A DNA stretch of 63,644 nucleotides, filler included, from Octopus bimaculoides (taxonomy: Eukaryota): assembly GCF_001194135.2 (NCBI RefSeq). It is 5 parts of 5 records of this genome, joined end to end, with 100 filler letters (N's around TTAATTAATTAA, not from the genome) between each part and the next. Parts side by side here need not be neighbours in the genome. Positions count along the whole stretch, not along the records: positions 50,124 to 59,408 come from NC_069002.1; positions 59,509 to 63,644 come from NC_069007.1; 3 more parts are not named here. One strand, 5' to 3'. The notes under the pieces are model-generated. The model searched no databases. It worked only from the letters and a program-made list of their open reading frames with translations, and had not been told where the DNA came from. Below, piece by piece: positions 52,529 to 63,644 of this stretch. Position 1 is the first letter of the stretch. Each line of letters begins with the position of its first letter. Made by a program: the position numbers and the translations under genes.

Positions 52529-54239
52529 ATATTAGGGACAAAATCCAAAATTACAGGTAAAAACTCAATTAAAATCAATTTATAAAAAATCAAAATTAAA
52601 TTGAGCTTTACAGATTAAAATATATAAAAATATATAGTTTTAGGGAAAAGAACCAAGTTTCAAGAACTCATCGATGAAAATCACACATATATATATATAT
52701 ATGTGTGTGGAGGCGCAATGGCTGAGTGGTTAGGGCAGCAGACTCGTGGTCATAGGATTGCGGTTTCAATTCCTAGAATATTTCAATATTCTATATAATC
52801 ATTAATCTTCTTTAAAAAGAAATATGATAAAATAAACAATTGTAATGAACGTTTTTATAAAGCTCTGAACTCTATCTGGCCTTGTATTTATCAGTGTAAT
52901 AATTTCTACTGCCCCTCCTCTCTAATTATACTACTAATTAAACCAACAAAATACTTTGTAAAGATGACTGCTCGATCTGTTAGAAATAACAGTTAAATCT
53001 CCTTCTTCATTATAAAATCACTTATAAAAAGGAGTTACATATTGGATAATACAAAATTAGATAAGGTAGGGGGGGAATTAAATGGATCCATCATGGCTGG
53101 AGTATTGACCATAGGTCAGCTCAATTATAGATGACCAGTGGCTAAATGACATCAATAACATGAGCCAAGCAATGAGACGGCTTCTACGTGGTCGATTGGC
53201 CTGTAAGAAATAGCAGGCAAATCTCCTTTGAATCATGTACTACTACATTAAAAAAGGATGAGAGGAAGGACACATTGGACAATGAAGTGAAAGGTATGTT
53301 GAAGACGGTTGTGGTGGTCATCGATGGAGAGCCTTTGATCATTATTTGGCTCATTTAGATCTAGCCTGTGCAACGCAAGAATGACACCATCATTAATACC
53401 ATCCCCACCACCACCACCACCACCAAAACAACTATCAGCAGCACCAGAATTCTTACTTCCACCACCACGACCAACAACAACAACAACAACACATAGCTAT
53501 GATATACATACACACATACAAACACACACATACATACATCATCAGCTCTACAGAACACATACACAAACACACACAGATAAGACACACACACGCACATATA
53601 TATGCACTCACACACAAACATACGCATATATGTAGCCACACAGTCTCGCACACACATACACACTCACACACATACAAGGACACACATGCCAACATATCAC
53701 CATTCACCTTGACAAAACACACGCACACACACACACACATTTGCATGCACACATACTCATACACTAAAACACACATACACATACTCACACACTTGCACAC
53801 ACATTTGCATGCACACACACACACACACATTCAAACACACACGTACTCATACACTAAAACACACATACACATACTCACACACTTGCACATACATTTGCAT
53901 ATGTGCACACACACACATACACACACACACTGATGCAAACAAGATAGAAAAAAAAGAACCGAAAACTACGACAGAACGAAGTGTGTGTGTGTGTGTAGTG
54001 GTAGGAAGACATTAGTGCCTCATCTCCTCGCTGTGATCCATAAATCAGCTAAAAGCCATTAGTCTGTGATTGATGTGGTACTTATATTCTGAAGCAAAAG
54101 GCAGGATATTGGTGATGTGAAGAGATGGAGTCTTAAAGTAACTTTATTAATGCTAATAACAGCAATTAGACTCATCAAACTAACACACATATCTGTATTA
54201 GCCTTGTCGGAGAAGCGGGGGTAAAGGAGGGGGGGCACT

Positions 54240-54830
54240 TGGTGGTGGCGGTGGTGGTGGGTTGTTGTTTGTGGTGGTGGTGGGCGTGGTTGTGGTGGTG
54301 GTGATGCTTGTAGTGGTGGTGGTGGGAGCGTGATTGTGGTGCAGTGGTGGTGATGGTCATGGTGGTAGTGATGGTCGTGGTGTTGGTGGTGGTAGTGGAA
54401 ATGGTCATAGTGATGTTGGNNNNNNNNNNGTGCAGTGGTGGTGATGGTCATGGTGGTAGTGATGGTCGTGGTGTTGGTGGTGGCGGTGGCAGTCGTGGTG
54501 GTAGTGGTGATGGGGGTGGTGGTGGTGGGGGTGATGGGTGTAGTGGTAGTGGTTGTGGTGATGGGCGTGATTGTGGTGTAGTGGTAGTGATGGTTGTGGT
54601 GTTGGTGGTGGTAGTGGAAATGGTCATAGTGATGTTGGTGATGGTAGTGGTAGCATTGATGGTGATGGTTGTAGTGGTGGTGGAAGTGATCATGGTGATG
54701 GTGGCGGTGACATTGAAGCTAATGATTGTCGTGGTGGTGGTCATGGTGGAAATGGTCATGGTGATGGTGGCGGTGGCATTGAAGGTAATAGTTGTAGTGG
54801 TGACATGGTGGCTGTTGTTTGATCTGCAAT
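54240..54830. repeat. GTG/ATG-based low-complexity array with local duplications
   Basis: GTGCAGTGGTGGTGATGGTCATGGTGGTAGTGATGGTCGTGG duplicated; open in all frames only because of its composition. Confidence 0.85.
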
Positions 54831-55149
54831 GATGCAACGGTTGAACTGATTCTTGATTGAGTGATCGAACAATGTGTGCCACCTACAACCATCCAGTCGT
54901 TTCTTTAGATGTAGTATGTTTTAGAGTCTATCCCCCAACAGAGGTGTCACCATTTCCTACGTATATAATCAATCCAAACATGAACAAGCAAAAACAAAAC
55001 AACGTGAGGACGTGGAATAAGTACAGTGTTATTGGACGCTCAGGAAAGGAAAGAAAAGAAAGAGGATTTTACGTTTCAAGCGGAGCTCTTCATCAGAAAT
55101 ATAGAAAAATTCCAAAGAAGGGAAGACAGAGAAAAAAAATCACCAGTGA

Positions 55150-56215
55150 TACACACGTGGTCTATATATTTGTGTGTGTGTGTGAGTGTTTGTCTCCCTA
55201 CCATTACTTGACAACCAATGTTGGTGTGCTTACGTCCCTATGACTTAGCGGTGCAGCAAAAGAAACCGATAGAGTAAGTACTAGGCTTACAAAGAATTAG
55301 TCCTGGGGTTGATTTTTTCAACTAAAAAAACCCTTTAAGGTGGTGCTCCAGCATGGCCGCAGTCAAATGACTGAAACAAATAAAAGAATAAAAGAATATG
55401 CATGAAACTTGAAATTTTGAGAGAAGAAACCAGTCAATTATGTTGACCCCAGGACTCAAATGGTTCTATTCTATTGACCCCCAAAGGGATGAAAGGCAAA
55501 AAGAGCCTTGGTGGAATTTAAACTCAAAATCTAAAGATCCGAAAGAGATGCTGCTAAGAGATTATCTCCAAGAACTTAAGCATTCATTTACCAATATGGT
55601 TTAGTTCTTTTCTATGAATCAGCACAAAAATCTAAGAATTGCCTGAATCCACAAGCAGACTTGAAGATTGTAATCAGCCAGAAAGTTCCACATTTAGATA
55701 AGCAGGAACTTAGAAGTCATTAAACCATTTGTTGGCATATTTCTGATAAAATACAATGCTTTTGTCTCACTTAATTTTCAAAGTCATAAAGTGTTCATTA
55801 AAATAGCTTTGTCATCATTAAACTGGTGTTTAAAGCGTAAATTTTGTTGGAAGATTTTAATTTAGATCTGCCTTTGGTCGAACAAATCGACCTAAGGACT
55901 TATTCTTTGGAAGCCTGCTACTTATTCTATCAGTCTTTCTTGCTGAACCATTAAGTTACAGGGATGTATACACACCAACATCAGTTGTCAAGTGATAGTG
56001 GGGGGGGGGACAAACACAGACATACAAACACATACATACATACATATATATGTGTATGACAGGCTTTTTCAGTTTCCATCTACCAAATCCACTCACAAGG
56101 CTTTGGTCGGCCCGAGGCTGTAGTAGAAGACACTTGCCCAAGGTACCACGCAGTAGGATTGAACCCAGAACCATGTGGTTGGGAAGCAAGCTTCTTACCA
56201 CACAGCCACTCCTGA
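55150..56215. mobile_element. SINE cluster: C 3' module (+, 55150-55400), B (-, 55400-55560), C full length (-, 55870-56215)
   Basis: Family motifs as above, all CpG-decayed. Confidence 0.8.
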
Positions 56216-56279
56216 GCTTTTGTTTAAGTAAATTTTTAAAATACTGAACAATTTAGTGATATAACATTGTTATTATTAA

Positions 56280-56847
56280 GTTTGCATTTGGACATAACTT
56301 AGCATGAATTTTTGATAGAAGGTTAAAATTCAGATCAGTTTTATCCATTTGTTATCGTATTTCTGTTGAAATATATTACTTTTGTTTCGGTTAATTTTAA
56401 AACTAATGAAAGATTTAGTAAAATACAATTTTACTATTCTCAAGCTAGTGTTTGGAATATAAACTAACACAAAATTTTGAAGGAAAGTTTTAATTTAGAT
56501 CACTTTAACCTTTCTGATACCATATTTCTCTTGAAGCATTGCTTTTGTTTCAATTAATTTTGAAGAATTTGGTAAAATAATTTCAGTATTATTAAACTGG
56601 TGTTGGCATATAAACTAACATGAAATTTTGATGAAAAGTTTTAATTTAGATCACTCTAACCTTTCTGATACCATATTTCTCTTGAAGCATTGCTTTTGTT
56701 TCAATTAATTTTGAAGAATTTGGTAAAATAATTTCAGTATTATTAAACTGGTGTTGGCATATAAACTAACATGAAATTTTGATGAAAAGTTTTAATTTAG
56801 ATCACTCTAACCTTTCTGATACCATATTTCTCTTGAAGCATTGCTTT
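56280..56847. repeat. 151-bp tandem repeat running into a gap
   Basis: TAATTTAGAT at 56491, 56642 and 56793 (period 151); degenerate unit at 56280-56490 and a related dispersed copy at ~55720-55870. Confidence 0.95.
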
Positions 56848-57609
56848 NNNNNNNNNNNNNNNNNNNNNNNNNNNNNNNNNNNNNNNNNNNNNNNNNNNNN
56901 NNNNNNNNNNNNNNNNNNNNNNNNNNNNNNNNNNNNNNNNNNNNNNNNNNNNNNNNNNNNNNNNNNNNNNNNNNNNNNNNNNNNNNNNNNNNNNNNNNNN
57001 NNNNNNNNNNNNNNNNNNNNNNNNNNNNNNNNNNNNNNNNNNNNNNNNNNNNNNNNNNNNNNNNNNNNNNNNNNNNNNNNNNNNNNNNNNNNNNNNNNNN
57101 NNNNNNNNNNNNNNNNNNNNNNNNNNNNNNNNNNNNNNNNNNNNNNNNNNNNNNNNNNNNNNNNNNNNNNNNNNNNNNNNNNNNNNNNNNNNNNNNNNNN
57201 NNNNNNNNNNNNNNNNNNNNNNNNNNNNNNNNNNNNNNNNNNNNNNNNNNNNNNNNNNNNNNNNNNNNNNNNNNNNNNNNNNNNNNNNNNNNNNNNNNNN
57301 NNNNNNNNNNNNNNNNNNNNNNNNNNNNNNNNNNNNNNNNNNNNNNNNNNNNNNNNNNNNNNNNNNNNNNNNNNNNNNNNNNNNNNNNNNNNNNNNNNNN
57401 NNNNNNNNNNNNNNNNNNNNNNNNNNNNNNNNNNNNNNNNNNNNNNNNNNNNNNNNGTAGGAGGGTTTGTGTGAAACCGGGTTTGTGATTAATCTCTATA
57501 TTTTGTATCTTTTCATTTGTCTTGCTCGCTTATGTTCTGGCATTTGTTGAATTTTCTTGAGAACAATCTTTTCTTAGTGGTCAGACCATATGGGGTCTAT
57601 ATCTAGCAT

Positions 57610-58080
57610 AATGGATGTCCACTTAGTGGTCATCCCTCTTATATGTATATAATATAATTTTTCTGAATCTGTTGTCTATGCTGGCTTGGGTCAGACAATT
57701 TGACCGGACTAGCATGCTGGAAGGCTGCACCAGACTCAAGTCTGATTTGGCATGTTTTTCTACTGCTGGAGACCATCCGTAATGCCAACCACTCTGAGAG
57801 TGTAATGGGTGCTTATATGTGCCACCGGCATGGGTGCCATTTGCATGACATTGGTGTGCTTTTATGTGCCACTGGCACAGGTGCCAATTGTTTGACACTG
57901 GTATCTGTCATGACTGCGATTTTGCTTGGCTTGATGGTTCTTCTTCTCAGTCATGACATAATGCCAAAGATCTTGCTCATTGACTCTGTGAGGCCCGACA
58001 CTCGAAAGGAACTTAGCCACTTTGCTTCCGTAAGGCCTAATGCTCGAAACAAATTCAGCCACTTTACCTCCGTGAGGCTG
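57610..58080 (-). mobile_element. Family A retroposon, longer CpG-decayed copy with ~42-bp internal repeats
   Basis: TGATTTGGCATGTTTTTCTAC..AATGCCAACCACTCTGAGAGTGTA..GGTGC; CTCCGTGAGGCC-like unit x3 at 57983-58080. Confidence 0.7.
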
Positions 58081-58724
58081 TACCCAAATATACATTTCAA
58101 GGATTTAACAAAAACGGAAAATTTAATAAAACAAACAGAAAATTTAACAAAAACATAATGAATGGAAAATTTGTAGCTAATTCCTCATCAGTCAATGTCC
58201 AAAAGATTATTACAATTCCGTGCTGTTATCATTGATATTCACTCTTGGTGGCACCAGTTGCAAAAAGCCACTGGGAATAGCTAATGAATGTAGAAGACAA
58301 TAATGAAAACAAACAAGACAAGCTCCAATAATTGTAATAATTATACAAATATAACAAAAAAGAAGGCTATATGGCTACAAGACAGATGAACATGGGTAAC
58401 ACAAAGGAAAATAAAAATGTCCTGGAGGACCAGAATGAGAGAATGGTACACAGAAAGTGAGAACAAAGGAAGAAGTAAACAAACTGTGTATGAAAAAGGT
58501 GTGTAAAGAAGCATGACTGACCTGGTCAATGGAAGATCAGAAGAAAAGATGAGAGAGGTTTAGAGGGTCACGGGTCATGTGGTAATGGGAGGAGAGAGAA
58601 AGAGTTGTGGAGGGGGCAGAGGGAGAGAAGAAATGGAGGTATTAGGGAGGGAAAGAGAGAGAGAGAGAGAAAGGGAGGTAAAAGAGTGGCATAGGAAAAA
58701 AAAGAGAGAAAATCGTGTGTGTGT

Positions 58725-59000
58725 GTGCGTGCGTGTGTCTTTGTGTCTGAGTGTCCCCCACCAACACTTGACAACCGGTGTTGGTATGTTTATGTCCTTA
58801 CGTCCCTCTAACTTGACCACCACCACCACCACTTTCACCACCACCACTACTTAACAGTTTGACAAACGAGACTGATAGAACAAGTACCAAGCTTTTAAAA
58901 AAGACATAAGTCCTGGGCTCGATTCATTCAACTAAAATCAATGTAGTGCCCCAGCATGGCCACAGTCCGATGACTGGAACAAGTAAACATGATAACAGAT
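58725..59000 (+). mobile_element. Family C SINE 3' module
   Basis: CTTGACAACCGGTGTTGGT..GATAGAACAAGTACC..CCCAGCATGGCCACAGTC. Confidence 0.8.
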
Positions 59001-59508
59001 AGTGACTGACCATTGGTCAATGATGATTTAAGGTAATTTGGCTGCTATTTCTTGTAGGTTGAATGACCACATAGGAGGTTCTTTGTTTGCTCCAAAAGTG
59101 CAGTAAGTGCAATAGATTGCAGTAGGTGCAATAGGTGCAGAATGCTAATTAAACCTTACGGAACAAATACTGAATGATTAATGTATCTTATCAGGATGTT
59201 ATACCTTCAAATAGCTGCACATTTCACAATTGCAGTAGTTTTGTCTGCATCAAACTGCATCTCTTGTGGTGGTGGTGGTAGTGGTGGTGATGGTAGTTTT
59301 GGAGATGCTTGTAGTGGTGGTGATGGTAGTTTTGGAGATGCTTGTAGTGGTGGTGGTGGTAGTGGTGGTGATGGTAGTTTTGGAGATGCTTGTAGTGGTG
59401 GTGGTGGTNNNNNNNNNNNNNNNNNNNNNNNNNNNNNNNNNNNNNNNNNNNNTTAATTAATTAANNNNNNNNNNNNNNNNNNNNNNNNNNNNNNNNNNNN
59501 NNNNNNNN

Positions 59509-59785
59509 CCTTGTAGGGTTTTCGAGCGAGATCGTTGCCAGTGCCCCTGGACTGGCTCTTGTGCAGGTGGCACATAAAAGACACCATTTCGAGCGTGGCC
59601 GTTTTCGTACAGGTGACACGTAAAAGCACCCACTACACTCTCTGAGTGGTTGGCGTTAGGAAGGGCATCCAGCTGTAGAAACTCTGCCAAATTAGATTGG
59701 AGCCTGGTGTAGCCATCCGGTTGCACCAGTCCTCAGTCAAATCGTCCAACCCATGCTAGCATGGAAAGCGGACGTTAAACGATGA
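59509..59785 (+). mobile_element. Family A retroposon (young)
   Basis: Near-identical to 17240-17496. Confidence 0.9.
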
Positions 59786-60179
59786 TATGTAGAGAGAGAG
59801 CAAGCTTCGTAACCACATCGTTACATATAATATACCTAGTGATAATTTTGGCCAGAGTGCCTGCGATGTAAGGGAGACAACTTTTGTCACACTAATCAGC
59901 TGCACTATCTTCCTTAAAAGTGGTTGTGATTATACGTTTGTTACAACCATTCTAATCATAACAGGTGGGGTGCTGGTACACGCGAGATGGTGGGCGGGCG
60001 TTGTGTTCTCGAACAAAACCTTTCGTCTCACATTGATCTGCGATCACTTCGATACCTGACGCGTGGTATACTGGGCACCAGTTCAAGCAACGTCGATTTG
60101 ATGAAGAGATTGATCTAGTGTACAAGACATAATCATTTGATCGCTACAAACAAATCATTTGTGCATCTTGTTCCCCAAG

Positions 60180-61053
60180 GAACTGTCAAACTGTTTAGTC
60201 TGTCGAGGGCGCGCCAGATTATCGTCAGAGAAATGCTGTTTGCGGACGGCGCACTCTGAAGAGCAAATGCAGCACCTCGTGGGCAAACTTTCAAAGACCT
60301 GTCAGGGATTCAGTCTGAAGAAGACCCGAGCTGGAGGTAGTCTATCAATTCACCTATCTCGGCTCTACCATCGCTGATAAGCTCTCCCTGGACCCGGAGA
60401 TCAACAGGCGAATTGGACAAGCATTTCCACATTTGTCAGGCTCACAAAGAGAGTCTGGGAAAACAGAAAACTAGCTGCAAACACCAAGATTGCTGTCTAT
60501 AAGGCATGCACCCTTAGTACGCTACTTTATAGCAGTGAGACGTGGAGTTTCTACTCCAGACGGGAGCAGCGTCTCAACGTCTTTCACCTTCGTAATTTGA
60601 GATGCATCTTGGATATTAGGTGAACGGACCACATCACCAACACCGAAGTTTTCAACCGAACCAAGGTACCCAGTATACTCACCCTGCTCCAGCAGCGTCG
60701 TCTGCACTGGCTCGGTCATGTACATCGCATGCCGGCCGGAAGGATCCTAACGGACCTCCTGTATGGGTAATTAGCCACCGGCGTAAAGAGCACGGGGACG
60801 ACGTCATCTTCGTTTCAAGGGCGGCTGTAAGAGGGATATGAAGTCGCTTGAGATGGGAGGAGGCCGCAAATGATCGCCAACACTGGAGACAAATACTGCG
60901 AAAGGAGATGAAAAACAGGAACTCGCCACCAAAGAAAAGCGCACTTAAAGGGATGGGAAAACCAGTAGCGCCAGCGCAGGCAGAGATCCCCTTCAAATGA
61001 AGTCGCTGTTTGCATATTCATGCCCTCCCGAGACCGGCGGATGCCTACTATAT
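60180..61053 (+). mobile_element. RTE (BovB-like) LINE, 5'-truncated, with 3' end
   Basis: REMLFADGA, FTYLGSTI..EINRRIGQA, KIAVYKAC.LSTLLYSSETW, LQQRRLHWLGHVHRM; terminal CCCGAGACCGGCGGATGCC+TA; frameshifts and stops. Confidence 0.92.
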
Positions 61054-61644
61054 ANNNNNNNNNNNNNNNNNNNNNNNNNNNNNNNNNNNNNNNNNNNNNN
61101 NNNNNNNNNNNNNNNNNNNNNNNNNNNNNNNNNNNNNNNNNNNNNNNNNNNNNNNNNNNNNNNNNNNNNNNNNNNNNNNNNNNNNNNNNNNNNNNNNNNN
61201 NNNNNNNNNNNNNNNNNNNNNNNNNNNNNNNNNNNNNNNNNNNNNNNNNNNNNNNNNNNNNNNNNNNNNNNNNNNNNNNNNNNNNNNNNNNNNNNNNNNN
61301 NNNNNNNNNNNNNNNNNNNNNNNNNNNNNNNNNNNNNNNNNNNNNNNNNNNNNNNNNNNNNNNNNNNNNNNNNNNNNNNNNNNNNNNNNNNNNNNNNNNN
61401 NNNNNNNNNNNNNNNNNNNNNNNNNNNNNNNNNNNNNNNNNNNNNNNNNNNNNNNNNNNNNNNNNNNNNNNNNNNNNNNNNNNNNNNNNNNNNNNNNNNN
61501 NNNNNNNNNNNNNNNNNNNNNNNNNNNNNNNNNNNNNNNNNNNNNNNNNNNNNNNNNNNNNNNNNNNNNNNNNNNNNNNNNNNNNNNNNNNNNNNNNNNN
61601 NNNNNNNNNNNNNNTATGTATATATATATATGTATATGTATGTG

Positions 61645-61678
<34 letters not shown>

Positions 61679-61679
61679 T

Positions 61680-61875
61680 AAGGCGAGCTGGCAGAAACGT
61701 TAGCGCGCCGGGCAAAATGCTTAGCGGTATTTCGTCTGCCGTTACATCCTGAGTTCAAATTCCGCCGAGTTCGACTTTGCCTTTCATCCCATCAGAGTCG
61801 ATTAAATAATTGCCAGTTACGCACTGGGGTCGATGTAATCGACTTAATCCATTTGTTTGTCCCCTTGTGGGCTAT
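61680..61875 (+). mobile_element. Family B SINE (CpG intact)
   Basis: GGCGAGCTGGCAGAAACGTTAGCGCGCCGGGCAAAATGCTTAGCGG..GAGTTCAAATTCCGCCGAG. Confidence 0.9.
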
Positions 61876-61892
61876 ATATATATATATATATA

Positions 61893-62472
61893 CGAGCTGA
61901 ATTACCCGGCAAAGCGGGGTTTATTTCCAGTTCCCGTTCCCATTACCCTATTTTATGTCCTATCCCGTTCCCTGTTGAGTTCTCGTTTAAATTACGAATG
62001 GATTTACAAATACTGGCAAGTAATACAGTTGAATCACAAAAGTGATTGATTGAAATGGTAAGGTAATATCAAAGTTGGAAGGGTGAGAGAATTGACAATT
62101 GATTGATGGTTATCGATTTTTCTGAGCTTCTCAATATACTACATTTTGGGTCTTGCTCTCTGGAGCAAATGATTTGGATTGCCGACTCTTGAGCATCGTA
62201 CATACATTTGGCCATGGGAAGAAACAGGTTCTGCAAGGTTTAGGCCAACCACCTCCAAGGATTGTCCTTGAGCCTTGTTTATGGTCGTTGCAAAACTTAG
62301 TTTTACTGGAAATTGCAGTCGATTGAACTCAAATGGCATGCCAGAAGGAATCAGCGGAATTCGTGGTATGAAGACCTCACCATTTGCTTTGCCAGTGAGA
62401 ATGGTCGCCTCTAAGACTCTTGGCACCATCTTGGTGATTGTAAGTCGTGTACCATTGCAAAGCTCGGGTGAG
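61893..62472 (-). mobile_element. Helitron 3' fragment (Pif1-like helicase C-terminus, 3' hairpin and terminus)
   Basis: LCNGTRL, FIPRIPL, RLQFPVKLSFATTINKAQGQSL, HGQMYVRCSRV; end CCCGCTTTGCCGGG..CAGCTCG|T; 5' side hidden by a gap. Confidence 0.9.
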
Positions 62473-62839
62473 NNNNNNNNNNNNNNNNNNNNNNNNNNNN
62501 NNNNNNNNNNNNNNNNNNNNNNNNNNNNNNNNNNNNNNNNNNNNNNNNNNNNNNNNNNNNNNNNNNNNNNNNAGCAGAGGAAAAAACCGAAACATCTTCT
62601 TAGCTGCACAGCCATGTTAGAGTCTTAGAAAAGTGTGGAATCTTCTCAAAACTTTGGAAAATTGTGGCTGTTCCTTGCAGAAATAATAAAAGTCAATATG
62701 ACTGAATATTCCCTGGACACTTATTGACCAGTAATCACATGACTGCAAAGGAAATTTCTATATTGTCCAGTTATAGCCGAACAATGAACTTTATAACGTT
62801 AGAATGAAGGAAAGACTTCAATAACAGCAATAACCACTT

Positions 62840-63060
62840 CTGCTATAAGTGGAGGAGCTGAAATTTTTTTCTCAAGGGGTTGGGAGGAGTTGACTACATG
62901 AACCCTTGTGTGCAACTGGTACTTATTTCATTGACCCCAATAGGACGAAAGGCAAAATCAATGACCTCGGTCAAATTTGAACTCAGAGCCTATACATGAA
63001 CAAAATGCCACCAAGCATTTTGTCCCATGTGCTAATGATCCTCTTCGCTCGCCACCATCA
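62840..63060 (-). mobile_element. Family B SINE (another copy at 63474-63644)
   Basis: CTGGTACTTATTTCATTGACCCC..GAAAGGCAAA..TTTGAACTCAGA. Confidence 0.8.
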
Positions 63061-63068
63061 TAGTGATG

Positions 63069-63099
<31 letters not shown>

Positions 63100-63110
63100 C
63101 AACAACAACA

Positions 63111-63473
63111 ACAAGAGCATCCAGAGAGCGCAAACCTCTGCCAAGGCAACACCAACGTCCCCTCAATGATTAGCCAGAGATGATTTTTGAAATGAGAATA
63201 TCTGAAATAAACTTGACTGCTCTCACAAACAAGAATACTAGAAAGGAACCTGACTGCTCTCAAAAATTAAGTAATAAAATAATCTAGAATCCTTGTCTGG
63301 TACTGGTTCAATCCCAAAATCTAATCAGTTTGTGCCAGTCACGAGGCCAAACATCCCTGAAAGTTTCATCTGAATCCATCCAGCGGTTCTTGAGATATCT
63401 TGTCAATGGACAAATAAACAAACAAACATGACTAAAAACAGTACCTCCACCTTAGTGAAAGCGGAGGTAATAA
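63111..63473 (-). mobile_element. Non-autonomous Helentron/DINE-1-type element
   Basis: Minus strand: 5' TTATTACCTCCGC..GGTGGAGGTA hairpin, subterminal CCTTGGCAGAGGT, 3' stem GCGCTCTCTGGATGC, end TCTTGT|T; sits in a TTG/TTA context. Confidence 0.7.
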
Positions 63474-63644
63474 TTGTTTCTACTAAAGGCACAAAGCCTA
63501 ATTTTTGGGAGAGGAGACTAGTCAATTACATCAACCCCACTGTTTCATTGGTACTTAATTTATCGACCCCAAAATGATGGAAAGTAAAATCGACCTGGGC
63601 AGATTTTGAACCCAAAACATGAAGACAGAAGAAATACAGCTAAG

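Noticed and set aside
52710-52780. tRNA-like sequence GGCGCAATGGCTGAGTGGTTAGGGCAGCAGAC..GGTTTCAATTCC
   Set aside because: Truncated SINE head; no complete cloverleaf or acceptor stem
54344-54882. Val/Met-, Gly- and Thr-rich ORFs in all frames
   Set aside because: GTG/ATG low-complexity array that lacks stops by composition

Overview
AT-rich, repeat-dominated eukaryotic scaffold. About 10 kb is N gaps, and four 100-bp joins carry an artificial TTAATTAATTAA linker. The microsatellite density and the SINE/LINE repertoire suggest a coleoid cephalopod, probably Octopus (inference). Most listed ORFs are artefacts of microsatellites and N runs. Supportable content: four recurring SINE-like families; decayed CR1, RTE and R4/Dong LINE fragments; Penelope-like ends with hammerhead-like motifs; a Mariner deletion derivative; a hAT MITE with TSD; a Helitron helicase 3' end; a Helentron-type non-autonomous element; several minisatellites. 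No complete host gene can be built. The best host-gene signal is one minus-strand coding exon (11353-11455) whose peptide resembles a divergent Cys-loop (pLGIC/AChBP-like) segment with a 12-residue loop. Other highlights: R4/Dong elements stacked in (TAA)n arrays, an inverted duplication bracketing 9.5-21.1 kb, a ~290-bp foldback, and CpG-decay domains readable from SINE copies. No rRNA, bona fide tRNA or CRISPR seen. Family assignments are by eye from motifs, and repeat boundaries are approximate.
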